A stretch of 47,467 bases of DNA, from NCBI GenBank assembly GCA_037439685.1, contig JBBIVO010000001.1, positions 39,033 through 86,499 of the forward strand, given 5' to 3'. A program made the position numbers and the translations under genes. The notes beneath the pieces are model-generated. The model was given only the letters and a program-made list of their open reading frames with translations, was not told where the DNA came from and ran no database searches. The stretch is from Candidatus Bathyarchaeota archaeon. Lineage in GTDB: Archaea; Thermoproteota; Bathyarchaeia; TCS64. Position 1 is the stretch's first letter. Each line of letters opens with the position of its first letter. Positions 1-8,453 of the stretch are shown here, piece after piece.

Positions 1-54
<54 letters not shown>

Positions 55-840
55 ATGATAACGGGAATGCACCTTAGGGAGGAGGAGAGGGAGATGTGGG
101 CGGGGCTGATGGGAAGCCCCATCTGGAAGGAGGCCCTGATAGCCAACTGGGACTACTCCCCCAGCCAGAAGGAGCACTTCAAGGAGAGGATAAGGATACT
201 CAAGGAGAGGGGGATCCAACAGGTTGCCTGTCCAGCCCTCTCAAACTGGAACAGGTACTATCCAAACCTCCAGACAGCCCTCCAGAACCTAAAGGGCTTC
301 CTCAGCGCAGCTAGGGAGGAGAACATTGAAGGCTTCCTCATCACCGCTTGGGCTGATGACGGAGCGGAGTGCCTCTTCTCCCTCCTAGAGCCCCTGATCC
401 TAGCAGCCATTGAGCTCGCTGAGGGTGGAGGCGATTGGGAGAAGAAGTGGGTGGCTCTAAGTGGAGAAGATGATGATGCCTTGAAGGCGAGAAAACTATT
501 TGGATCTCCCCAGGTCTCAGACATGCTCAAACCTATAATATTCAAGGATACTAACTACTACAGGTTAAGCAGAGAGGAGAGGGAAGAGATAGAAAAGATG
601 TGGGAGGATATACTTGAAGACATCATGGAGATACAGCTACCTGAAGACCTCAGCTTCATACTAAGATTACTAGAGGTAGGAGTTAAGACCCTGAAGAATG
701 CCGTGAAGCCCTCCGACTATATCGCTTTATCGAAGTGCTACTCCCAACTCTGGCTTAAGGAGAGGAAACCGGAGGGGCTTAGGAGGATCGTTGAGAGGTT
801 CTGGGGAGCGGCTGGAAGAGAGGAGTTTAAGCTCCCCTGA
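55..840 (+). CDS. C-terminal fragment of a glycoside hydrolase family 20-like (beta-N-acetylhexosaminidase-like) protein; 5' part missing
   Basis: 261-aa ORF. The segment EGFLITAWADDGAEC resembles the W-x-D-x-G stretch near the end of GH20 catalytic domains. No N-terminal catalytic region is present. Motif recollection only. Confidence 0.35.
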   Translation: MITGMHLREEEREMWAGLMGSPIWKEALIANWDYSPSQKEHFKERIRILKERGIQQVACPALSNWNRYYPNLQTALQNLKGFLSAAREENIEGFLITAWADDGAECLFSLLEPLILAAIELAEGGGDWEKKWVALSGEDDDALKARKLFGSPQVSDMLKPIIFKDTNYYRLSREEREEIEKMWEDILEDIMEIQLPEDLSFILRLLEVGVKTLKNAVKPSDYIALSKCYSQLWLKERKPEGLRRIVERFWGAAGREEFKLP

Positions 841-921
841 TATGGGCCTCCGATGGGTATAATCGGGGTAATCTCGATGCTCATGCCGTAGATAGAAGAG
901 ATGATCGACCCCTCCTCTGTT

Positions 922-1770
922 TTAGAGGAGCCTCGCCAACCTATCTGAGACATCCTCTCTAAACCTCTCAATATATCTCATCACATATTCTACGATGTCC
1001 AGTCTAGGGTCCTCGATTAGGGGTGTCAAATCCATGGCTATAGTGGCGGCGGATATGACATCCATCTTAGATGGGTCGCGAAAGGTGGACTGGGCCCACC
1101 TCCTACCGATGGTGGAGAGGTGATACCTCTTACCACCTAATATCTGGGAGTCGTAGACGCCGAGGAGGGCTAGGGCGAGATTCTCGCGGGAGGAGACGTC
1201 GAGCATCACCTTATCCCCATCAACCAACCAGTCCAGATCCCTCCAGACCTCACAACCATATATCCTAAGAGGCCTAGCCTCCTCGGGGAGCTCCCTTAAA
1301 GCCTGGATGGTCCTGATGGCAACAGCCACGTGGCTTTCATGCTTATCCGCCAGGTTATGCGTGTAAATAGTCTTAGGCCTAGCCCTCGATATTATCTCCT
1401 TTAGATCTATTATTATATCCCGGCTCTTAGGATCCTTCAGGATGGCGCTAGGATAATCTAGGAATATGACTCCGCTGTACTCTCCCACAACTGCTGCCTT
1501 CCTCTGCTCCCTCCTCCTGATCTCCCACACCTCCTCCTCAGAGTATTTGGCGTACAACCCCTCCCTTGGGCTCCCCCTCCCATCGGTCACCGTCACCCCT
1601 AGAAACCAATTATCCTCGCTCATATAGCACTCAAGGATGCCGTGATAAGCCATGATCTCAAGGTCATCTTGATGTGCACATACGCCCATGTGGGTAGTCC
1701 TCTCCAGGGCCTCATGGGAGGGTCTTCCATCCGGGACGAAGAATTCCGCTTTATCCCTTCTGAACCTCAT
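922..1770 (-). CDS. PIG-L/LmbE family N-acetylglucosaminyl deacetylase
   Basis: 282-aa ORF with AHQDDLEI (an AHPDD-like metal-binding motif) and a downstream HESH. Length is typical of the PIG-L fold. TAA stop. Confidence 0.75.
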   Translation of the reverse strand: MRFRRDKAEFFVPDGRPSHEALERTTHMGVCAHQDDLEIMAYHGILECYMSEDNWFLGVTVTDGRGSPREGLYAKYSEEEVWEIRRREQRKAAVVGEYSGVIFLDYPSAILKDPKSRDIIIDLKEIISRARPKTIYTHNLADKHESHVAVAIRTIQALRELPEEARPLRIYGCEVWRDLDWLVDGDKVMLDVSSRENLALALLGVYDSQILGGKRYHLSTIGRRWAQSTFRDPSKMDVISAATIAMDLTPLIEDPRLDIVEYVMRYIERFREDVSDRLARLL

Positions 1771-1871
1771 ACATGCCTCTGAATCCCTCTTAATTCAAGG
1801 ATGGTTTAAACCCTGTCGATAATGGATATGAGCCCAGATCGGTGGAGCCGCAGGCATTCTCCTAGACCAAT

Positions 1872-1884
1872 AAGGCTCACTAAA
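1872..1884. repeat. 13-bp direct repeat copy 1 (AAGGCTCACTAAA) in the divergent deacetylase/murQ promoter region
   Basis: An exact second copy lies at 2072-2084, exactly 200 bp away. Confidence 0.9.
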
Positions 1885-2071
1885 AAGGGTAGATGGACTC
1901 GAATAAGAGCCTCTCTGGATTAATGGAGGCCGATAGATCATTATAGAGATTTAAAATAATTCGATTTGATTTCTAAGGTTTACTCAAACAATTGCGACTA
2001 CTCATATATCTCCTGTTATGTAATGAGGTCTCAGGCTAACTTTCTCCATTAGGGACCTCTGTCAGATCTGC

Positions 2072-2084
2072 AAGGCTCACTAAA
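2072..2084. repeat. 13-bp direct repeat copy 2 (AAGGCTCACTAAA)
   Basis: Exact match to 1872-1884. It lies about 100 bp upstream of the murQ start. Confidence 0.9.
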
Positions 2085-2184
2085 TTATCTAAGTTTTTCA
2101 GTTATCATAGAATTGAAATAGATTCGATTCTTCCATCTGTATCAGAAATGCTAAAAAACCTATGATGGATAAAATTTGAGTGTC

Positions 2185-3159
2185 ATGTATCCAGATGATG
2201 AAGGTATAAACGATGTTAGAGAGGGCTTCGATGTTGATCTGGAGTTTGAAAGGGTTTTAACCGAGCAGAGAAACCCCAGGACCCTTGATATAGATAGAAA
2301 GGGCATTACGGAGATTCTAGAGGTGATAAACACCGAAGATGTTGGGGTTCCCCTCGCCGTTGGAAGGGAGATATCCAGCATCGCCAGGGCGGTCGAGCTT
2401 GTCATCGGCGCCCTCAGGGCTGGGGGGCGCCTGATCTATGTGGGGGCGGGGACCAGTGGAAGGCTGGGGGCCATGGAGGCGGCCGAGTGCCCCCCCACCT
2501 TCGGGACCTCTCCACGCATAATACAGGCCGTGGTGGCGGGTGGATGGAAGGCCCTCCACAGCCCCATCGAGGGTGCAGAGGACGATGAGGATGCCGGGAG
2601 GAGGATGATCATTGAGAGGGGGATAGGCCCTAAGGATGTTGTAGTGGGGCTAAGCGCATCTGGGAGCACCCCCTTCACCCTGGCGGCGCTGCGAGAGGCT
2701 AAGAGGCTAGGGAGTAAGCTTATAGCTATAACAGTCACCCCTGACTCTGAGATCTCTAAGATCGCAGATGTCACGGTCGCGCCGGGCGTTGGGCCCGAGG
2801 TCATAGCCGGATCCACACGGATGAAGGCTGGAACCGCCCAAAAACTTGTTTTGAACATGATCTCTACAACGGCTATGATAAAGATGGGGAAGGTGTATAG
2901 CAACCTAATGGTGGACTTAAAACCACTGAATGAGAAGCTGAGATCTAGGGCCGTAAGGATAATCGAGAATCTGACAGGGGTTGACAGAAAAACAGCTTAT
3001 GAGGCCTTTGAGAGGTCCGGCAGGGATGTAAAGACCGCGCTCGTGATGATAGAGGCTGAGACGAATAGGAGGATCGCCAAGAGGGCTCTAAGAGAGGGTT
3101 GCGGAGACATTGGGAAGGCTGTAGAGATCGCAAGAGGTATTATAGAGTTGGATAAGTGA
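2185..3159 (+). CDS. murQ: N-acetylmuramic acid 6-phosphate etherase (SIS domain)
   Basis: LIYVGAGTSGRLG, ECPPTFG, SASGSTPF and GSTRMKAGTAQKLVLNM are colinear with E. coli MurQ as I recall it. The track start at 2176 is TTG; the first ATG is at 2185. Confidence 0.85.
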   Translation: MYPDDEGINDVREGFDVDLEFERVLTEQRNPRTLDIDRKGITEILEVINTEDVGVPLAVGREISSIARAVELVIGALRAGGRLIYVGAGTSGRLGAMEAAECPPTFGTSPRIIQAVVAGGWKALHSPIEGAEDDEDAGRRMIIERGIGPKDVVVGLSASGSTPFTLAALREAKRLGSKLIAITVTPDSEISKIADVTVAPGVGPEVIAGSTRMKAGTAQKLVLNMISTTAMIKMGKVYSNLMVDLKPLNEKLRSRAVRIIENLTGVDRKTAYEAFERSGRDVKTALVMIEAETNRRIAKRALREGCGDIGKAVEIARGIIELDK

Positions 3160-3182
3160 TTCTGGTTTACGGTGTCAAGAAC

Positions 3183-4397
3183 ATGGTCCGCCCTTCACCT
3201 ATAGAGAGGATGAGAAGGAAGAGGGTTAGAAGGATCATAGGGCTGATGTCAGGCACTTCAGCCGACGCTCTATCGGCTGTGATCGTGGAGGTTGAGGGCC
3301 ACGGCCTCAAGACCAGGGTTAAGGTGATCAAACACGGGAGCTACAGGTATCCCCAAACCCTTCGAGATGGTATCTTCGGGCTCTTCAACCCCGAAACCTC
3401 AAGGGTGGACAAGATATGCGGTATGAACTTCGCCTTAGGTCTGTTCTATGCGGATTGCGTCTTGAACCTGCTCGATGAGGCCGATTTCGAGGCCGAGGAT
3501 ATAGACCTCATGGGGGTTCATGGCCAGACGGTCTATCATGACCCAGAGATCAGGGATCTCTATGGCTTCAGGACCAGGTCAACCCTCCAGATAGGGGAGC
3601 TCGCAGTATTAGCCGAGAGGACGGGTATAACGACGGTGGGGGACTTCAGGAAGAGGGATATCGCGGCGGGCGGGGAGGGCGCCCCCCTCTCGGCATACAT
3701 GGACTATATACTCCACAGAGACCCCAGGCGCAACAGGGTCCTTCAGAACATAGGCGGCATAGCCAACCTGACCTTCATACCCGCAGGGGCATCCCAGGAG
3801 GATGTCATAGCCTTCGATACGGGCCCGGGAAACATGATCATAGACGCCATCGTGGAGCACTATACCGGAGGCCTCCTACACTACGATGAGGGTGGAGCCA
3901 TAGCGGCTAGGGGGAGGATAAACCGGCCTCTCCTAATGGAGCTCCTCCAGGACCCCTACTACTTAAAGGCGCCTCCGAAGACAACGGGAAGGGAGAGATT
4001 CGGGAAAGGCTATGCCCTCAGACTGGTGAGGTGGGCGGAGGAGAGGGGTCTGGCCTTCGAGGATCTTGTAGCCACGGCGACAGCCCTCACCGTTGAGACG
4101 ATAACAGCAGCCTACAAGGGCCTCATACTCCCAAGATACTCCATAGATGAGGTATACGTATCTGGTGGAGGCGCTAAGAATAAAACCATGATTGAGGGGT
4201 TGAGGATGGAGCTTAAGGGAGTAAAGGTCTTGGAGTATGACCTTCTAGGTATCCCCTCAGAGGCTAAGGAGGCGGTCCTAATGGCAATATTGGCCAATGA
4301 GCACATCTTTGGAAACCCATCCAATCTGAGGAGCGCTACGGGAGCTGATAGATATGTGGTTCTCGGGGTGCTTGTCCCAGGGGGCTCCTCATCATAG
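3183..4397 (+). CDS. anmK: anhydro-N-acetylmuramic acid kinase
   Basis: IGLMSGTSADA near the N-terminus, plus DTGPGN and VSGGGAKN, are AnmK-type ATPase motifs. The start is ambiguous: GTG 3156 overlaps the murQ TGA, and ATGs lie at 3183 and 3210. Confidence 0.85.
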   Translation: MVRPSPIERMRRKRVRRIIGLMSGTSADALSAVIVEVEGHGLKTRVKVIKHGSYRYPQTLRDGIFGLFNPETSRVDKICGMNFALGLFYADCVLNLLDEADFEAEDIDLMGVHGQTVYHDPEIRDLYGFRTRSTLQIGELAVLAERTGITTVGDFRKRDIAAGGEGAPLSAYMDYILHRDPRRNRVLQNIGGIANLTFIPAGASQEDVIAFDTGPGNMIIDAIVEHYTGGLLHYDEGGAIAARGRINRPLLMELLQDPYYLKAPPKTTGRERFGKGYALRLVRWAEERGLAFEDLVATATALTVETITAAYKGLILPRYSIDEVYVSGGGAKNKTMIEGLRMELKGVKVLEYDLLGIPSEAKEAVLMAILANEHIFGNPSNLRSATGADRYVVLGVLVPGGSSS

Positions 4398-5417
4398 GCC
4401 TCCTCCCCTAGTGCTCAGATCCCCCGAGGGGTCAAATAAGGCCCCTTCGAAACCGGGGAGGGATGCCTCTATGGATTCTAGTATAGCCTCATTCACCTCT
4501 ATTCCCACCGCGTTCAAGGCCATGAGGACGGCGCCCACTGCGGGCTTAAACCTGGGCTTTATAACCTTGCACCCGGGGATCTGCGAACTTATCCTCCCCC
4601 CCAATGGGTCGGCCATCAAGTCCTCGGCCTCGAAGACTCCGCCTACCAAGGCAAGCTCGAACTCCTCACCCTCCATCTCTAAGCCCCTTATCACCGCTAA
4701 GGCCAAGGCTTCAAGCTCCTCTAGGGCTCCCCTCAGAATCCTCTGGGAGGCGGGGTCGCCATCCCTAGCTGCATCCATTACGATGGGGGCCATAGATGCA
4801 ACCTCATAAACTCGGGGGCCAAATCCATAGAGCTTCTCTATGAGTTCGTATACGTCGCTGACCCCGAGATGGGAGATCAGCCTCTCCAGGAGCAGAGTCC
4901 TCTCGCCTCTCCCATCATGCGCCCTTAGGGCTGAGATTAGGCCCCTCCTCCCTATATCGAATCCGCTCCCCTCGTCCCCTAGGAGGTAGCCCCATCCCCC
5001 AGCTCTCCTCCTCTTCCCATATCTATTAACGCCGTAGGCTATGGAGCCGGTTCCAGATATAACCACGACCCCTGGTTTACAGGCAGTGGCTCCAGCCAGG
5101 GCGACGGCTGCATCCGAATCTACGAAGGTCCTCTCCGCTATCCCGAGGTCCTCCATTATACCCTTGTAGACCCTCCTCCCCCTCGATCCCTCGCCTCCAG
5201 CCATGCCCAGATATGCAGCCTCAACCTTCCTAACCCCTCGGCATCCTCTTATGGCTTCCATAATCGCCTCTTCTAAGGATCTCTTCGCCCCCTCCACCCC
5301 GATGGTTATATAGTTGGATGGCCCGCTCACGCCCGCCCCGAGGAGCCTCCCCCCCTCATCTGATAATAGGCAGATTGTCTTGGTGGCCCCTCCATCGACA
5401 CCCAATACATGAACCAA
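4392..5417 (-). CDS. BadF/BadG/BcrA/BcrD-type ATPase, GlcNAc/MurNAc kinase-like
   Basis: VLGVDGGATKT, ISGTGSIAYG and GWGYLLGDEGSG motifs. This family contains the eukaryote-type GlcNAc kinase and the clostridial MurNAc/GlcNAc kinase MurK. It converges on anmK with a 6-nt overlap. Confidence 0.7.
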   Translation of the reverse strand: MVHVLGVDGGATKTICLLSDEGGRLLGAGVSGPSNYITIGVEGAKRSLEEAIMEAIRGCRGVRKVEAAYLGMAGGEGSRGRRVYKGIMEDLGIAERTFVDSDAAVALAGATACKPGVVVISGTGSIAYGVNRYGKRRRAGGWGYLLGDEGSGFDIGRRGLISALRAHDGRGERTLLLERLISHLGVSDVYELIEKLYGFGPRVYEVASMAPIVMDAARDGDPASQRILRGALEELEALALAVIRGLEMEGEEFELALVGGVFEAEDLMADPLGGRISSQIPGCKVIKPRFKPAVGAVLMALNAVGIEVNEAILESIEASLPGFEGALFDPSGDLSTRGGGL

Positions 5418-5707
5418 TGCTCCCTATCACCATATCGAACTCCATTCTAATTTTCTAAAGGGCTCTTAAAAAGGCATCAAAGAGTTTCATTCCTGAAGCA
5501 GGCCGAAGGCCTGGTGGCGTAGGGGCGAGAGGCCATAGGCGGCCCCTCCTCTCTATGGGAGCAGCCCGTCCAAACCGCCTACAAGGGCCTTCGCCTCAGT
5601 CCTGAGGAGGTCGCGGCCTAGTTTAATTAAAGGGTTTAATCCGAGCCGTTTTCGTGCCCATGCCCGAGATCCCTGATGAGGTTCGAGCTTGATTTTTGGT
5701 CGATGGT

Positions 5708-7027
5708 TTAGAGGAACTCCCTTAAGGACCTCTGCCGCGTTTCGTTGGTGACCCCCTCAGCCCTCTCTTCTCCTTCTCCCCCTTCCCTAGCTATCCCCTC
5801 CCCCCTCTCAGGGAATATTATGATCTGCCCGTAGACCCCATCATAGCCGGGGACAACCTTGATCCTCCCATCTCTCACGCGGATGATGGCCTTGGCGATC
5901 GATGGCTCCACTACCTTCACCATCTCCTCCAGTTCAGCATCTATTAAGACCGAGTATTCATCTCCAAAATATGAGACGAGAGGATTGTAGATATTCCAGA
6001 CCCTCTGCGAGCTTGGGGAGCTCGCGCCGGTAACGGCCGATATGACCTCTGAGAGGGGGAGGAGCTCTATGTAGCCAGGTGAGCCTGGGGGCCTGAAGCC
6101 GTATGGTCTATCTGCAAGCTCCTCAACTCTCTGCTCAACCCCCTTTGTTAGCCTCCTATGACAGGCTGGACAGATATCTCCAAGCCTTATAGCCTCCACG
6201 GGCGGTAGCGAGACCTTGCACTCCCTGTGGCCTGTCCAGTGATACTTCCCATATGCAGGGTTCGTCTCGATGGTGAACCTTAGGCGGTTGGGGTCCTTCC
6301 TCTTGATCGAGTCCACTATATCCCAGTAAGTTAAGTTTTCAAGCTCGAAGACGTTTGCCTCCCGCCCGATCCTCCAGGGCCAGCTCGAATGGGAGTCGCT
6401 GTTGGACAGCAGCGTGAACCTATCTAGGGCGCTCAGGCGCCAATTCATGGGAGGATCTGAAGACAGGCCCGTCTCCAAAGCATGTATGTGCTTGGTCATG
6501 TCTTGGTAGCAGTCCTCCATCCTGTCAAAGCCGCTGAATGCTCCGAAGACGCTGAACCATGGGGTCCAGGCGTGCGCCGGGAAGACCATGTTATCTTCAG
6601 AGGCCTCCATTATCTCCTCCACAAAGTGCGATGCGGGCATGTCTAATGTTGGCCTACCATCGGCCTCAAGGTCTCCATATCTAGATAATCTATCGTTTAT
6701 CTGCTCAGCCACCTCTAAGCTCGAAGTCAATATAACATGGTGAACCTTCTTCCTTTCATTGTTGAATGTGAAAACGGTTGAAACCTCTCCGGTTATCATG
6801 AAGTGAACATCAGATCTCAGGTTTTTCGGCCTATATAGGCCTGTTCCATCGATCAATTTGAGGCTCTCCTCAACCTCATGGAGCCATCTTGGATGGGTGA
6901 AGTCCCCCGTCCCGACAAGCGATAATCCCTTCATCTTAGCGAAATAGGCTATATCGGTTATATTCATGTTCGCGCTTGTAGCCCTACTATATTTACTATG
7001 AATATGTAAATCCGCTATGACCCTCAT
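5708..7027 (-). CDS. PHP-domain nuclease with zinc-ribbon, endonuclease Q-like
   Basis: DLHIHSKYSRATS and GTGDFTHP are PHP metal ligands. A C-terminal CPACHRRL Cys pair is present. The 439-aa length and architecture match Pyrococcus EndoQ as recalled. A TATA-like ATATTTTTT sits at 7047-7055, about 20-25 nt upstream of the ATG. Confidence 0.6.
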   Translation of the reverse strand: MRVIADLHIHSKYSRATSANMNITDIAYFAKMKGLSLVGTGDFTHPRWLHEVEESLKLIDGTGLYRPKNLRSDVHFMITGEVSTVFTFNNERKKVHHVILTSSLEVAEQINDRLSRYGDLEADGRPTLDMPASHFVEEIMEASEDNMVFPAHAWTPWFSVFGAFSGFDRMEDCYQDMTKHIHALETGLSSDPPMNWRLSALDRFTLLSNSDSHSSWPWRIGREANVFELENLTYWDIVDSIKRKDPNRLRFTIETNPAYGKYHWTGHRECKVSLPPVEAIRLGDICPACHRRLTKGVEQRVEELADRPYGFRPPGSPGYIELLPLSEVISAVTGASSPSSQRVWNIYNPLVSYFGDEYSVLIDAELEEMVKVVEPSIAKAIIRVRDGRIKVVPGYDGVYGQIIIFPERGEGIAREGGEGEERAEGVTNETRQRSLREFL

Positions 7028-7627
7028 GTTCTCTCGCCTACCCTCATATTTTTTGAGGGGGGTCTTAACTCCTCTTTCACAAGAAGAGGAGGCCGCCTTC
7101 CCTTAGACATGCTCAAACCCACTTCCAACAGTTCCCCATATCTCCTCTGGGGTCCGGTATATTTTAACATGAAACTCTCATCCTCCCGCCATGAAAAAAG
7201 GCCCCTCGACGTTGACGTACACCCGTGTCGAGCCCACCCTTCTATGCCCGGGGAATCCTCGACATGCAGGATATCCTTCCTTTGATGAAGTCGCCTTCTA
7301 AAGCCCGATGATATGAATCGGATCTCTTTAAGCCTCAGGTTATTCAACCTCTGAGCCAGGGTTAGACGTGGTTAGGCTGATGGGGGAGTCTCTAGGGGAG
7401 GCCTTAAACCTGTTCTTGGCTCTGCGCCGCTTCACAATCCCGTCCTTGAAATGGACCAGCCCAGGGCGGTCTAGGCCTCTGAGGGTAATACCAGACGGGT
7501 GAGTTAACCATATCCGACCAGCATCTTGGCACTCAGCTCCCTCTTCTAACTCGGCCTATTTACTGCGTCTAGGTAGGGCATAACCCTTCAATCCCATTTG
7601 CTCGTTTTAACACCGTGAGCGGGAAAT

Positions 7628-7863
7628 CCCACGTGCTTCAGCTGTGGGATGAAAGCGAACATTTTATATCCTCCCTTTTTTTGTTGTTATTTCTGCTAGG
7701 CATGGGGCAGGCCGAAGTCACGCCTGTGGAGACCGAGACCTCCGTAACCCAACCTCCAGACGTGGCCCATGAAAACGGTCTCGCCGAAGGAGACCTGCGC
7801 TCTGGGTGGATGGGGACCGAGTCTGGTCGCAGAAGCAGGAAGCCCACAGGCTTCAGCCGTGGG
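7628..7863 (-). other. 236-bp element bounded by two copies of a 21-nt hairpin motif, with a GC-rich stem-loop core; candidate ncRNA or non-autonomous mobile element
   Basis: Plus-strand CCCACGTGCTTCAGCTGTGGG (7628-7648) and CCCACAGGCTTCAGCCGTGGG (7843-7863). Between them are stems at 7708-7726, 7728-7743 and 7777-7795. Two of these read C(UUCG)G on the minus strand. No convincing ORF is present. Confidence 0.3.
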
Positions 7864-8243
7864 TAGTTCACTGCTCCTCAAACCAAGATCTCCTATAAGC
7901 CTCTTCGAATATATCCATAAGCTCAGACATCAGGCTCATCCGCACACGTCTTCATCTCCACCTTCCCGTGAAGAATGTTCCTTGCTGAATGGACGAAAGG
8001 CCAGAAATAACAGTCTGATGGCGAACTCCAACAATAAGGGATATGTTTTCAATGTGTGTACCAACTCTTTGAGTTTTTGATGCAGATGTTAGTACTCTGC
8101 AATTTTTATTATGTGGATCTTTTATGTTTTTCTTGTCGCACCGCCCCTTCATAAACGGTGTTTAACGTTTATGTTTTCCTGACCAAGGCTTATGGTGTTT
8201 TGGAAAACCTTCATTCTGCGCAATGCTTATAAATAAGGCGTAG

Positions 8244-8453
8244 ATGTTTACGGTGATGTTTATGGTTAGAAAGACGACGATCCTCCTCAGGGAAGATGTT
8301 TACCAAGCCCTCAGGGAAGAAGCGGGAGCCAGAAACCTTTCTAGTTTAGTAAATAAAATTTTGATGGAGCATTTTTTAAAAAAGGAGAGTATGTTCGGGG
8401 TTATGAGGCCGGTTGACATCAGCGAGTTAAGGGACCATAGGGATAGGATATGA
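8244..8453 (+). CDS. vapB: ribbon-helix-helix antitoxin (VapB-like)
   Basis: Small ORF with KTTILLREDVYQALREEA (RHH beta-strand and helix). It overlaps the downstream PIN gene by 4 nt (ATGA). TATA-like CTTATAAATAAGG lies at 8226-8238. The true start may be the ATG at 8262. Confidence 0.6.
   Translation: MFTVMFMVRKTTILLREDVYQALREEAGARNLSSLVNKILMEHFLKKESMFGVMRPVDISELRDHRDRI

Noticed and set aside
7024-7347. 107-aa ORF upstream of, and overlapping (ATGA), the EndoQ-like gene
   Set aside because: It has a TTG start and an Arg/Ser/Gly-rich, low-complexity-like translation with no recognisable motif. It contains a hairpin plus U6 terminator-like signal. The EndoQ-like gene has its own TATA-like box inside it. 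It is treated as part of the uncertain region rather than as a CDS.
7441-7470. Minus-strand hairpin GUCC-AUUUCAA-GGAC resembling a tRNA-Glu(UUC) anticodon arm
   Set aside because: The stem has only 4 bp. No flanking T-arm (GGTTCGAATCC-like), D-arm or acceptor pairing could be found.
7348-8243. Assignment of the ORF-free region to RNase P RNA or SRP RNA
   Set aside because: I could not find the GGAAAGUCC-type CR-I motif, the ACAGAA..GGCUUA CR-V motif or the GNAR-tetraloop/AGCA helix-8 motif in a convincing arrangement on either strand. The partial resemblances (GGGAAAUCCCAC, GCAGAAGCAGGAAGCC) do not form the expected P4 or helix-8 pairings. It is left as an unclassified candidate.
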